From assembly GCA_934122155.1 (NCBI GenBank), contig CAKOVX010000006.1, positions 23-64,022 of the forward strand: a DNA stretch of 64,000 nt, written 5' to 3'. The DNA comes from an uncultured Clostridia bacterium. GTDB lineage: Bacteria; Bacillota; Clostridia; TANB77; CAG-508. Below, one piece after another: positions 18,600 to 29,153 of this stretch. Within the stretch, counting starts at the first letter, position 1. Every line of letters starts with the position of its first letter. A program made the position numbers and the translations under genes. The notes under the pieces are model-generated. The model was not told the DNA's origin. It did no database searches and saw nothing but the letters and a program-made list of their open reading frames with translations.

Positions 18600-20795
18600 T
18601 TAAGCATCTTTTATTGAAAGTTGAACTTTTTGTCTTTCTAAGTCAATTCCAATAACTTTTACTTTTACAATATCACCAACTGAAACTACATCAGATGGAT
18701 TTTTTACAAAGCTATTACTCAATTGTGAAATATGTACTAAACCATCATGTTTTACACCTATATCAACAAAAGCACCAAAGTCTGTAACATTTCTAACAGT
18801 TCCTGTTAAAACCATTCCATCTCTCAAATCTTCAAATTTAAGTACATCAGCTCTTAATATTTGCTTAGGCATTTCATCTCTTGGGTCTCTACCTGGTTTT
18901 GACATTTCTTCAATAATATCTGCTAAAGTCATTTCACCAACATCAAGTTCTTTAGCTGTTTCTTTTACATTTACTTCTAATAATTTAGCTTTTATTTCTG
19001 ATTGTTTTTCTTTATTTAATAAATCCTCTTTTTTGTATCCTAATTTATTAAGTAAATTTTCTGCAACAGAATAACTTTCTGGGTGAACTCCTGTAATTTC
19101 TAAAGCATTTTTTCCACCAGGAATTCTAATAAATCCTGCACATTGCTCAAATGCTGCTTTTCCTAATTTAGGAACTTTTAATAATTCTTTTCTTTCAGCT
19201 AATTTACCATTTTCATCACGGTATTTTACTATGTTATTTGCAATAGTTTTATTTATTCCTGCTACATAAGAAAGTAATGATGGTGTAGCTGTATTAACAT
19301 CAACTCCAACTTCATTTACTGCATCTTCAACAACACCAGTTAAGCTTTCTGTTAATTTCTTTTGGTCAACATCATGTTGATATTGCCCTACTCCTATTGC
19401 CTTTGGGTCTATTTTTACAAGCTCTGCAAGTGGGTCTTGCAATCTTCTTGCAATTGATATTGCACCTCTTAAAGATACGTTTATATCTGGATATTCTTCT
19501 GTTGCAAGTTTTGATGCAGAGTATACAGATGCTCCAGCTTCACTTACAATTGCATAATGAAGTGGTCTTTCAATTTCTTTAATCATATCTGCAACAAAGC
19601 TTTCAGATTCTCTTGAAGCTGTTCCATTTCCTATTGCAATAATATCAACTTTATATTTTTCTATTAAAGCTTTTAGCTCTTTTTTTGCACCTTCTACATC
19701 ATTTTGCGGTTCTGTTGGGTATACAGTAGTAGTTGCAAGTAATTTTCCTGTTTCATCAATTACTGCAATTTTACAACCTGTACGATATGCTGGGTCAAAC
19801 CCCATTACTGTTAAACCTTTTAAAGGTGCTGCTAAAAGTAAAGGTTTTGCATTTTTTCCAAATACTTTAATGGCTTGAGTTTCTGCCTTTTCTGTTAAGT
19901 CAGAACGAATTTCTCTTTCAATAGATGGTTCAATTAATCTGCTCCAACTATCTGCAATTGTTTCTTCTAATATTGTAGTAAATTGAGTTTTTTGTTTAAT
20001 AATATCTCTATTTATTAAATCTAAAATTTTATCTTCTGGTTTTTCAATTTTTACTTTTAAAAATTCTTCAGCTTCTCCGCGATTGATAGCTAAAATTCTA
20101 TGGCTAGGTAAGTGATTTACCTTTTCGCTAAATTCATAATACATATTATATGCTGTTTTTTCTTCTGGCTTTGTAGCTTTAGTTATTATAACGCCTTCTC
20201 TATAACAAATACGTTTAATTTGTTTACGATATTCAGGGTTGTCTGATATAATTTCTGCAATAATATCTTTTGCACCTTGAATAGCATCTTCTACACTTGC
20301 TACAACTTTTTCTCTGTTATTTTTATCTTCTTCTGATAATTTATCAATATTTACATATTGTTTTGCAATTTCTTCAATTGGTGTTTTTTCTGTTTGAGCT
20401 AATATAATTTCAGCTAATGGCTCTAAGCCTTTTGCTTTAGCTACTGTTGCTCTTGTCTTTTTCTTTTGTTTATATGGCCTGTATATATCTTCAACTTCTG
20501 CTAGTGTTTTAGCATTTTCTAAGTTTGTAAGTATTTCTTCTGTAAGTTTTCCTTGATTTTCAATTGATGTTTTTACTTCTGCTTTTCTTGCTTCTAAGTT
20601 ACGAAGATATGTAAGTCTTTCTCCTAAATCTCTTAAAGTTTCATCTGAAAGACCACCTGTTACTTCTTTTCTATAACGTGCAATAAAAGGTATTGTATTT
20701 CCTTCATTTATTAATTCTATTGTTCTTATAACTTGCACTAATTTTATATTTAATTCTTCTGCAATTATATTTGCTATTCTTTCTTGTGTATCCAT
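18600..20795 (-). CDS. tex: Tex transcription accessory protein (S1/YqgF/HhH domains)
   Basis: 731 aa; C-terminal S1 domain 'GMVLTGTVRNVTDFGAFVDIG'; Tex-typical length. Confidence 0.9.
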   Translation of the reverse strand: MDTQERIANIIAEELNIKLVQVIRTIELINEGNTIPFIARYRKEVTGGLSDETLRDLGERLTYLRNLEARKAEVKTSIENQGKLTEEILTNLENAKTLAEVEDIYRPYKQKKKTRATVAKAKGLEPLAEIILAQTEKTPIEEIAKQYVNIDKLSEEDKNNREKVVASVEDAIQGAKDIIAEIISDNPEYRKQIKRICYREGVIITKATKPEEKTAYNMYYEFSEKVNHLPSHRILAINRGEAEEFLKVKIEKPEDKILDLINRDIIKQKTQFTTILEETIADSWSRLIEPSIEREIRSDLTEKAETQAIKVFGKNAKPLLLAAPLKGLTVMGFDPAYRTGCKIAVIDETGKLLATTTVYPTEPQNDVEGAKKELKALIEKYKVDIIAIGNGTASRESESFVADMIKEIERPLHYAIVSEAGASVYSASKLATEEYPDINVSLRGAISIARRLQDPLAELVKIDPKAIGVGQYQHDVDQKKLTESLTGVVEDAVNEVGVDVNTATPSLLSYVAGINKTIANNIVKYRDENGKLAERKELLKVPKLGKAAFEQCAGFIRIPGGKNALEITGVHPESYSVAENLLNKLGYKKEDLLNKEKQSEIKAKLLEVNVKETAKELDVGEMTLADIIEEMSKPGRDPRDEMPKQILRADVLKFEDLRDGMVLTGTVRNVTDFGAFVDIGVKHDGLVHISQLSNSFVKNPSDVVSVGDIVKVKVIGIDLERQKVQLSIKDA

Positions 20796-20997
20796 GCCTC
20801 TATCCTTTCGTTTTTTATGTATTATATCAAACTTTATTAAAATTGATAAGTTTTTTGTGCAAAATACTAATTTTTTTATTATTATGAATAAACTTTATAT
20901 ATACTATCTTTTGTCTTTTCAAAATTCGACATTATTAGATTGACTTTTTAAATCTATTAATGTATATTTATAATATATTAAGAAAGGGGGGGTTTTT

Positions 20998-21741
20998 GTG
21001 AAAAAATCAGCTGATTATAGAGCTAGTGCAAGAGAAAAATTGTCTGGAAAGTGGGGTAAAGCTGCTCTTATTTCATTAGGTTACTTTGTAGTATTCTTTG
21101 TTTTAGGTTTTATTGAAGGATTACTTCCTGAAAACATAAAATCTATTTTCTCAATTGCTACAACTATTATTGAAATACCTTTAAGCTTTGGATTACTTAT
21201 ATCTTTCTATAAATTATTTAATGGTGAAGATGCTAAAGCTTTTGACTTTTTAAAATCTGGTTTTTCAAACTTTAAAAGAGCATGGTTAGTTGGATTAAAT
21301 GTTGCGTTAAAAATGATAATTCCAATTATTATTTTAATTGCTGGTATGTCAATCTCAATGGTTACCGGAATAATAACTTTTGCACGAGGAACAGCATCTG
21401 GAAGTTCTTATGCATTTGCAGCAATTGGTGTACTTATGTATATAATAGGTATAATTTGGACTATACTTCAATCATATTATTATCAATTAGCTTACGTTGT
21501 TGCAGTTGACAATGAAGAACTTTCAAATAAAGAAGTGGTAGAAAAATGTAAAGAAATTATGCAAGGTAAACGTTGGAAGCTATTTTGTTTACAATTTTCA
21601 TTTATTGGTTGGGCTATATTAGCAGGTCTAACTTTTGGAATTGGAATGTTATGGTTGGTTCCATATATTCAACTTGCTACAATTTCTTTCTATGAAGATG
21701 CAATTGGTAAAAATGAAGAAGTCAATAATATTGCTGAATAA
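20998..21741 (+). CDS. DUF975 family integral membrane protein
   Basis: GTG start after SD AAAGGGGGG; 'DYRASAREKLSGKWGKAALI' then multiple TM helices. Confidence 0.7.
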   Translation: MKKSADYRASAREKLSGKWGKAALISLGYFVVFFVLGFIEGLLPENIKSIFSIATTIIEIPLSFGLLISFYKLFNGEDAKAFDFLKSGFSNFKRAWLVGLNVALKMIIPIIILIAGMSISMVTGIITFARGTASGSSYAFAAIGVLMYIIGIIWTILQSYYYQLAYVVAVDNEELSNKEVVEKCKEIMQGKRWKLFCLQFSFIGWAILAGLTFGIGMLWLVPYIQLATISFYEDAIGKNEEVNNIAE

Positions 21742-21776
21742 AAAAAATCGCATTTTAAATGCGATTTTTTTTATTC
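21741..21776. terminator. bidirectional rho-independent terminator (AAATCGCATTT/AAATGCGATTT)
   Basis: Hairpin between convergent genes with an A8 run and a T9 run. Confidence 0.7.
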
Positions 21777-23351
21777 TACTCCTAAATATTCATTATATGT
21801 AACTTCTCTGTCTATTACTGTATCTGCCTTTATATCAATAATTCTGTTTGCAACTGTTTGCATTAATTGATGGTCATGTGAAGTAAATAACATATTTCCT
21901 TTAAATTTCATCATACCCTCATTTAATGCTGTAATAGATTCCATATCTAAGTGGTTTGTTGGTTCATCCAAAATTAAAAAGTTTGCTCCTGATAACATCA
22001 TTTTTGAAAGAACACATCTTACTTTTTCTCCACCTGAAAGTACATTTACTTTTTTAAGTGCTTCTTCACCCGAAAATAGCATTCTTCCTAAAAAGCTTCT
22101 TACATATGTTTCATCAGGATCTTTTGAATATTGTCTTAACCAGTCTGTAATTGATAAATCTGATTCAAATAAATAGTTATTATCTTTTGGGAAATAGCTT
22201 GATGTAATTGTTGTCCCCCATACTATTTCTCCTTCATCTGGTTCAAGCTCTCCTGCAATAATTTGAAATAATACAGTTTTTGCATTCTCATTATCTGCTA
22301 AAAATGCAATCTTATCATTTTGTTTTACTGTAAATGAAATATTGTTTAATATTTTTTCTCCATTTATTGTTTTAGATATGTTTTTAACATGTAAAATTTC
22401 TTTTCCTGGTTCTCTATCTGGTTTAAAATCAACATATGGATATCTTCTATTAGATGGTTTAATCTCATCTAATTCAATTTTTTCTAATGATTTTTTACGA
22501 GATGTTGCTTGTTTTGATTTTGAAGCATTTGCACTAAACCTTGCAATAAAGTCTTGTAATTCTTTAATTTTTTCTTCTTTCTTTTTGTTAGCTTCTTTCA
22601 TTTGCTTTAATGCAAGTTGACTAGACTCATACCAGAAATCATAATTTCCTGGGTATACTTTGATTTTTCCAAAATCTACGTCTGCAATATGTGTACAAAC
22701 CTTATTTAAAAAGTATCTATCATGTGATACAACAATAACTGTATTTTCGAAGTTTATTAAAAATTCTTCAAGCCAACTAATACTTTTTAAGTCTAAGTCG
22801 TTTGTAGGCTCATCAAGTAATAATATATCTGGGTTTCCAAATAGTGCTTGTGCTAACAACACTTTTACTTTATCTTTTGCCTCTAAGTTGCTCATAAGTT
22901 CATAATGTTTTTCTGATATTATTCCTAAATCATTTAACAACACTGCTGCATCTGATTCAGCATTCCAGCCATCTAGTTCAGCAAAACGTTCTTCTAATTT
23001 TGCTGCTTTCATGCCATCTTCTTCAGAAAAATCTGGTTTTGCATATATTTCATCTTTTTCTTTCATTATTTTATATAGTTCACTGTTTCCCATAATAACA
23101 GTATCCATAACAGTATATTCTTCAAAAGCAAAGTGATCTTGTTTTAAAACAGATAATCTTTCTGTTTTTTCTTTTGTTACTTCTCCTTTACTTGGCTCAA
23201 TTTCTCCTGATAATACTTTCAAAAAAGTAGATTTTCCTGCGCCATTTGCACCAATAATTCCATAGCAACAACCTTTATTAAATTTTATATTTACGTCTTC
23301 AAATAAAGTTCTTTTTCCAAACCTAATTGTTACTCCAGTAGCTGTAAGCAT
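21771..23351 (-). CDS. ABC-F family ATPase (two tandem ABC domains, no TMD; EttA/Uup/YheS-like)
   Basis: Two Walker A sites 'GANGAGKST' and 'ENAKT'; two ABC signatures 'LSGGEKVR'; 526 aa. Confidence 0.85.
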   Translation of the reverse strand: MLTATGVTIRFGKRTLFEDVNIKFNKGCCYGIIGANGAGKSTFLKVLSGEIEPSKGEVTKEKTERLSVLKQDHFAFEEYTVMDTVIMGNSELYKIMKEKDEIYAKPDFSEEDGMKAAKLEERFAELDGWNAESDAAVLLNDLGIISEKHYELMSNLEAKDKVKVLLAQALFGNPDILLLDEPTNDLDLKSISWLEEFLINFENTVIVVSHDRYFLNKVCTHIADVDFGKIKVYPGNYDFWYESSQLALKQMKEANKKKEEKIKELQDFIARFSANASKSKQATSRKKSLEKIELDEIKPSNRRYPYVDFKPDREPGKEILHVKNISKTINGEKILNNISFTVKQNDKIAFLADNENAKTVLFQIIAGELEPDEGEIVWGTTITSSYFPKDNNYLFESDLSITDWLRQYSKDPDETYVRSFLGRMLFSGEEALKKVNVLSGGEKVRCVLSKMMLSGANFLILDEPTNHLDMESITALNEGMMKFKGNMLFTSHDHQLMQTVANRIIDIKADTVIDREVTYNEYLGVE

Positions 23352-23458
23352 TGCTTTTCCTCCTTATATAATATACTTTGTATATTATACCATATTTTTC
23401 AAGTTTGTAAAGGAAAAGAGCTGAATTGCAATAGCAATTCAGCTCCATAATTTTTCTT

Positions 23459-23647
23459 TTATCTATCAAATAATAATTTTATTGCCCATAATCCAGAAAT
23501 TCCTACTAGAATATAAATGATTCTACTTATAACTGACATAACACCAAAGATAGCATCTACTAAATTAAAATTAAATATTCCTACTAGTCCCCAATTAATA
23601 GCACCAATAATAATTAATATAAGCGCTATTGTATCTATTGTTTTCAT
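23459..23647 (-). CDS. DUF378 family small membrane protein
   Basis: 62 aa; 'IALILIIIGAINWGLVGIFNFNLVDAIFG'. Confidence 0.7.
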   Translation of the reverse strand: MKTIDTIALILIIIGAINWGLVGIFNFNLVDAIFGVMSVISRIIYILVGISGLWAIKLLFDR

Positions 23648-23758
23648 CTATCTCTCCTCCTTAAAAAATAATTTTAAAAGTTTTCACTATTAATTATACT
23701 CATTTTTGCTTTTTTTATACTTTTAATAAATTATTTTATATATAGGTTTTTAGTAGAT

Positions 23759-24709
23759 CTATTTTAACATATCTCTTTTGTTAAGCCATAATGTAGCAAC
23801 CACTGAAGTTATAATTGAAATAAATATTAAAATTATAAAGCCATATTGATTATTTTGCATTGGAACTGGTACATTCATGCCCCAAAAACTAGCTATCATT
23901 GTTGGTATTGACAAAATAATTGTTATTGATGTTAAAAATTTCATAACCCTATTTAAGTTATTTGAAATTATTGAAGCATAAGCATCCATAGTTCCATTTA
24001 AGATATCACTATATATTTTTGCCATTTCTATTGCTTGCTTATTTTCTATAATTGAATCTTCTAATATATCTTCATCTTCTTCATATAGCTTAATAATTTT
24101 TCCACGCATAGTTTTTTCCATAACAGCTTCATTTGATTTTAATGATGTAGTAAAATACACTAAACTCTTTTCTAAGTTTAATAATTTTAATAATGCTCTA
24201 TTTTTCATTGAATTTTTCAAAATTGATTCTGCTATTTCTGTTTCTTTATTTATTTTCTTTAATAAGTGTAAATACATTGAAGCATTACTATATAGTATTT
24301 GTAATAAAAATCTGCTTTTTTTATATGTCACAATATTTTTCATATTGTTTTTCATTAAGTCTTGAATAATGCTATTTTCTTTTAATGATACAGTAATTAA
24401 ATAGTCATCTCTTACAAATATAACACCAATTGGCATTGTTGTGTAAATTAAAGAATCCCCTTCTTTTTCTCTAATTGGTACATCTATTATAAATAATATT
24501 GTGTTATCATCTTCTTCTATATCAATTCTTGCCTTTTCCTCATAATCTAATGCATACCTAATAAAATCTTCTTTAATTTTTAACTTTTCACATACATCCT
24601 TTATTTCTTCTTCGCTCGGGGCTATCATGTTAATCCAATTCCCTTTTTCATAGCTTGTTATTTTTTCTGTTTTATTAGTTTGTAATTCTGTTTTATACAT
24701 TTCTAACAT
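23759..24709 (-). CDS. corA: CorA family magnesium/cobalt transporter
   Basis: C-terminal two TM helices with 'FWGMNVP' GMN motif. Confidence 0.85.
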   Translation of the reverse strand: MLEMYKTELQTNKTEKITSYEKGNWINMIAPSEEEIKDVCEKLKIKEDFIRYALDYEEKARIDIEEDDNTILFIIDVPIREKEGDSLIYTTMPIGVIFVRDDYLITVSLKENSIIQDLMKNNMKNIVTYKKSRFLLQILYSNASMYLHLLKKINKETEIAESILKNSMKNRALLKLLNLEKSLVYFTTSLKSNEAVMEKTMRGKIIKLYEEDEDILEDSIIENKQAIEMAKIYSDILNGTMDAYASIISNNLNRVMKFLTSITIILSIPTMIASFWGMNVPVPMQNNQYGFIILIFISIITSVVATLWLNKRDMLK

Positions 24710-24873
24710 AATATATCCCCCTCTCTTTTTTATTATATCATATTATTTTTTTCTATTTAAAAATAATAAAAAATAGAACGTAAGATTCAGCCTTTTTCTG
24801 CTTTAAAATCTCTCGTTCTTAAAATCATTAATTATAAATTTAAAGCATTGAATATACAATGTTTTAAGCAATT

Positions 24874-24949
24874 TGGTGCGTCATAGAGGAGTCGAACCTC
24901 CGACCATCAGATTAAGAGTCTGCTGCTCTACCAACTGAGCTAATGACGC
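24874..24949 (-). tRNA. tRNA-Lys (anticodon CTT)
   Basis: Acceptor GCGTCAT/ATGACGC, D-arm GCTCAGTTGGTAGAGC, anticodon loop CTCTTAA, T-loop TTCGACT, encoded CCA; TTGACA-18-TATAAT promoter just upstream. Confidence 0.85.
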
Positions 24950-25014
24950 ATATAACTAACTCTTATTATTATACGGCGGATTAGTCTACTTTGTCAATAG
25001 TTAGTTAATTTATT

Positions 25015-25860
25015 TTAACATAATTTATTTGCAATTTCCGCAAATTGTTGTATTGTTAAATTTTCTCCTCTTATATTTTCTGGTAAATTTAATTCTTGTA
25101 ATATATTTTTTAATTTTTCTTTTGACGATATTCCAGCATTAGAAAGCCCATTTAATAATGTTTTTCTTCTTTGCATAAAACTTGCTTTTATTACTTTAAA
25201 GAATATTTTTTCATCCTTTAATTCAACTGGTGGTTTTTTTCTAATGTTTAACTTTATTACTTCTGAATTTACTTTAGGTTCTGGAATGAATGAGGTATTT
25301 GGTACTGTTAATACTTCCTGTGCTTGTGCATAATAATATACACAATATGTAATAGCTCCTGTATTTTTTCCTCCTGGTATCTCTGTTAACCTATCTGCTA
25401 CTTCTTTTTGTACCATTACTGTTATACTATTTATGTTTAATTTTTCCTCTAGCAATTTCATTATTATTGGAGTTGTAATATAGTATGGCAAATTTGCTAC
25501 AATTTTAACCATATAATTTTCAGTATTCTCTTTTTTTATTAAATCATTTAATTCTACTTTTAATATATCTTCATTTATAACTGAAAAATTATCATATAAT
25601 TTAAACCTGTCTTCTAATATTTGCAACATTTTCTTATCTAGCTCTATTGCAATTACCTTTCCCGCTTTTTCTACTAGTCTACTTGTTAATGTTCCAAGTC
25701 CAGGTCCTATTTCTATAACAAAGTCATTTTTACTTATTTGTGCTGCTTCTACTATATTATTAATTGCACTATCATCAATCAAGAAATTTTGTCCTAATTC
25801 TTTGTTAGCACTAATATTATATTTTTTCATTAAAAATTTGGTTTCTTCATAAACATTCAT
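25015..25860 (-). CDS. rsmA: 16S rRNA (adenine1518/1519-N6)-dimethyltransferase RsmA/KsgA
   Basis: 'LGQNFLIDDSAINNIVEAAQI...VIEIGPGLGTLT'; start at the ATG after SD GGGAGA. Confidence 0.9.
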   Translation of the reverse strand: MNVYEETKFLMKKYNISANKELGQNFLIDDSAINNIVEAAQISKNDFVIEIGPGLGTLTSRLVEKAGKVIAIELDKKMLQILEDRFKLYDNFSVINEDILKVELNDLIKKENTENYMVKIVANLPYYITTPIIMKLLEEKLNINSITVMVQKEVADRLTEIPGGKNTGAITYCVYYYAQAQEVLTVPNTSFIPEPKVNSEVIKLNIRKKPPVELKDEKIFFKVIKASFMQRRKTLLNGLSNAGISSKEKLKNILQELNLPENIRGENLTIQQFAEIANKLC

Positions 25861-25951
25861 TTTTTTCTCCCATTTTTTATTATATTCTAAGTATATAAGC
25901 ATAACCTCCAAAAGTCAAGAAAAGCACTAGAAAAACTAGTGCTTTTAAGTA

Positions 25952-27808
25952 TTATTCAGTTGTATTGTTTTGTGTTGTTTCTGGAGTTGTTGTCTCATTA
26001 GTTGTTGTATTTGAAGTCTCCGTATTTGTAGTAGTATTCTCATTAGCTGGTTTAGTTGGTGTTGTAGTCGCTTTTTTTGTTCCTCTTCTTACTATTTTAT
26101 TTCTAGAATTATATGTATCCTTAGATAGTAATGTTTTTGATACAACTTTGCCATTTAATTTTAAAATTTTGTATCCCTCACTTCTACATCCTACAATCGC
26201 AGTTTGTTCTACAACTTCTTTTCCTTCTTGTAATGTTGCATCTTCTTTATATATTGTAGTAGGATTTATATATGATGTTACCTTTGATTGAATAACTACT
26301 TCATATTCTTTCTCTTCTTTTATTCCATATATTGAAACCTTACATACACCTCCACTTGCAGATGCCACTATTTTTATTGGATATTTTCTGGTGTTTTTAA
26401 ATATAAAATCTAGACTTCCATAATAAACTGTTGCATCTCTACTTGCAGCTACATATCCAGTTGTAAACATATGATTACTTCTTTCAACTATTTCTAGATT
26501 TGCAAGTAGTGCAGTATTGTATATTGTTGATGATACTTGGCAAACTCCTCCTCCAACACTTGGTACTACTTTACCACCAACATATGCTGTTCCCTCTTTA
26601 AACCCTGCTTCAATAGTCCTTGAACCAACTATTGTATTAAATGAAAATTTTTCACCTGGCAATAAAACTGTTCCATTTGTTTTTTGTGCGGCAAGTTTAA
26701 TATTTACATTTCTATTATAATTGCTTGCATCAAATCTTGTTGAAAATGTTGATATTAAATCTGGGAAAGCCTCTTCTCCTAAATTATTAATTGTTTTTTT
26801 AGGTTTTGTTATTTTTAGAGGTATTGTATATTCTTTTTTATCTTCTTCTAATAATTTTTTTGCTTCCTCCATTGATATAGCAAAATCTACTCCATTTACT
26901 TCTGTATGTACTACTGTTGGATTTTTTTCTACATAAGCATCTTTGGGTTCTTTATATATTTCATCATGAATTTTTTGCAAATCGATTGGATCTGGTTCTT
27001 TATATTCTGTTGGAATCTCTATTACTTGATAATTTGTATGAATATTGCTTAGCTGTGCCTTTATTAACTCTTTTAGTTCTTCACTTTTTATTTTATAACC
27101 TGCTTTGCCTTTTACTACAATTAAATCATTGTCTTCTATATAATAACTGCTTTCTACAACCGCATCTTTCATTTTAGAGTTAACATCTTTTATTGTAGAT
27201 TCTAATAAGTCTTCATCTAGGTAAAGAGTTGGTTTTATATCTTTTTTAAATAAACTAGTAAATAATATGCTATAATTATTAGTTAAGATATTACCGCTTT
27301 TTCCAATGTTATAGGCTTCTATTACTGCACTATCTACATCAAATTTTGCATTAAAGCTGTTTGCTGTAACACTGGTTTCGTTTTCACCCATTTTTAATAT
27401 TAAATTATTATTTTCATCTTTAAATCTTTCTTCAATGGCAGTATTTATTTTACTTGTTGCCTCACTTACAGTTAATTTTGATACATCTATTCCTAAAATT
27501 GATATTCCTTTAAATATTTTATCATTATTCATATTAATTAAAGCAAATATAATTGAAAATATCATAGTAGCTAAAATAACAAATAAAGCTATAATTATAG
27601 GCACTACCTTTTTGTTTTTTTCTTTTTTAGCATGTTTTTCTTCTGGTTTATTAATTTCTTTTCTATCTTCTGGTTCTTCTTTTGCTTCTTCGCTAATATC
27701 CTTATTTTCTGTTTGTCCTGCTATATTTTCTTCATTTTTAGTTTCTTCTATATCATTCTCTACATTGTTTTCTTGTTCTTGATTATTTAGGTTTTCTTGT
27801 TCTTCCAT
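25952..27808 (-). CDS. VanW family protein with N-terminal TM and C-terminal G5 domain and Thr-rich tail
   Basis: 'GGVCQVSSTIYNTALLANLEIVERSNH' VanW signature; G5-like 'EGKEVVEQTAIVGCRSEGY'. Confidence 0.8.
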   Translation of the reverse strand: MEEQENLNNQEQENNVENDIEETKNEENIAGQTENKDISEEAKEEPEDRKEINKPEEKHAKKEKNKKVVPIIIALFVILATMIFSIIFALINMNNDKIFKGISILGIDVSKLTVSEATSKINTAIEERFKDENNNLILKMGENETSVTANSFNAKFDVDSAVIEAYNIGKSGNILTNNYSILFTSLFKKDIKPTLYLDEDLLESTIKDVNSKMKDAVVESSYYIEDNDLIVVKGKAGYKIKSEELKELIKAQLSNIHTNYQVIEIPTEYKEPDPIDLQKIHDEIYKEPKDAYVEKNPTVVHTEVNGVDFAISMEEAKKLLEEDKKEYTIPLKITKPKKTINNLGEEAFPDLISTFSTRFDASNYNRNVNIKLAAQKTNGTVLLPGEKFSFNTIVGSRTIEAGFKEGTAYVGGKVVPSVGGGVCQVSSTIYNTALLANLEIVERSNHMFTTGYVAASRDATVYYGSLDFIFKNTRKYPIKIVASASGGVCKVSIYGIKEEKEYEVVIQSKVTSYINPTTIYKEDATLQEGKEVVEQTAIVGCRSEGYKILKLNGKVVSKTLLSKDTYNSRNKIVRRGTKKATTTPTKPANENTTTNTETSNTTTNETTTPETTQNNTTE

Positions 27809-27997
27809 CTTCGTTCCCCTTTATATAATAAATATATACTTTTGCTTAAAACAATATTACCATAACTATTTTTATTTTACAATAAATTTATACATATATT
27901 TTGTCAAAATTTATATTTTTTTGTTATTTTATACTAGACAATTTTTTATTTTTTTAATATAATGTTTATAGAAAATTTTGGAAGAAGAGGTATTGTT

Positions 27998-28570
27998 ATG
28001 TTAGGTCATATGATTGCATATATTCGCAAAGAAAAAAAACTTACAAAAGCAAGTGTTGCAAAAAATACAAATATCAATACTGGTCATTTGACACACATTG
28101 AAAAAGGTGAAAGAAATCCCAGTCATAAAGTTTTAAAAAGCATGTGTAAAGCTATGGATATTCCTTATCGTCCATTAATGTACACTTATGATAAAGAACT
28201 TACAGAAGAACAATTAGCATATAAGGCTGTTGCACATATTCCTTATGACAAAATACCTACTTTTGACTTACTTGGTGGATTAATTGACTGTCCTACTAGT
28301 GTTGCTGGAGCTTCTATTGCAGTTAAAATAAATGATACTTCTATGGAGCCAAAGTTAAAAAAAGATTCTTATGCATATATAGAATTTAACACACCTCTTG
28401 ATAATAGAGATATTGGGTTATTCAGTTATGAAAATAAACTTTTAATTCGTAAATTTATTATTCGTAAAGATGGTTTGGTTTTAAGAGCCGAAGATAAAGA
28501 TATTCCTGATATTTGCTTAGATCCAAAAGATGAGTTTTATATTGTCGGAAAAGTAATAGGCTCAAATTAA
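27998..28570 (+). CDS. XRE-family HTH + S24 (LexA-like) peptidase-domain transcriptional repressor
   Basis: HTH 'LTKASVAKNTNINTGHLTHIEKGERNPS'; S24 'DTSMEP' Ser region and 'LLIRKF' Lys region. Confidence 0.7.
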   Translation: MLGHMIAYIRKEKKLTKASVAKNTNINTGHLTHIEKGERNPSHKVLKSMCKAMDIPYRPLMYTYDKELTEEQLAYKAVAHIPYDKIPTFDLLGGLIDCPTSVAGASIAVKINDTSMEPKLKKDSYAYIEFNTPLDNRDIGLFSYENKLLIRKFIIRKDGLVLRAEDKDIPDICLDPKDEFYIVGKVIGSN

Positions 28571-28661
28571 TTAAATTTTTTGTCAAAAATACTTGAATTA
28601 TATATTTTTTAATATTATAATACGAAATTAGTTAACAAGAGATAAATGAGGAGAACTTTAA

Positions 28662-29120
28662 ATGGAATTAATTAAAAATATTTTCTTTAATACAGATAAA
28701 TTAGTAGAAAATTCAAAGGTTAAAATTTCATATGCTGGTAGGCTTTTTCAAGATGGCTGTGAAGAAGTATATATTCACTATGGGTTTGGACTTAACTGGG
28801 ATAATATAAATGAAATTAAAATGGAAAAAACTGAACTTGGCTTCCAAGCAGAAATTGAGCTTATTTCTAGTGATACATTTAATTTCTGTTTTAGAAATTC
28901 TAAAAATGAGTGGGATAATAATAATGGACAAAATTATATTTTTCCTATTGAAAAAGTAGAGCTTGCCTTAGTCGTTAAAGAAAAATCTTTCTTAGATAAT
29001 TCTAGAAAGTTAAGAAAAACATATATATGGAGCAAAAAAATACGTTTAGCAGTTTATAAGGTAATTACATATTTACCAAAATTAATTTCAGGCAATTATA
29101 AAAGAAAAATCATAGAATAA
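28662..29120 (+). CDS. hypothetical protein, possibly with a CBM25/26-like starch-binding fold
   Basis: 'YIHYGFG.NWDN...FNFCFRNSKNEWDNNNGQNYIF' resembles the W...WDNNGG.NY pattern of CBM25/26; weak. Confidence 0.5.
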   Translation: MELIKNIFFNTDKLVENSKVKISYAGRLFQDGCEEVYIHYGFGLNWDNINEIKMEKTELGFQAEIELISSDTFNFCFRNSKNEWDNNNGQNYIFPIEKVELALVVKEKSFLDNSRKLRKTYIWSKKIRLAVYKVITYLPKLISGNYKRKIIE

Positions 29121-29153
29121 TAAAAAATAGCAAGTAATTAACTTGCTATTTTT

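Noticed and set aside
26517-27782. Plus-strand ORFs 26517..27782 (67-115 aa) antisense to VanW, and the Thr/Glu/Asn-rich repeat at the VanW ends
   Set aside because: Antisense artefacts. The nucleotide repetitiveness reflects the low-complexity Thr-rich and acidic tails of VanW, not a CRISPR or tandem-repeat element.
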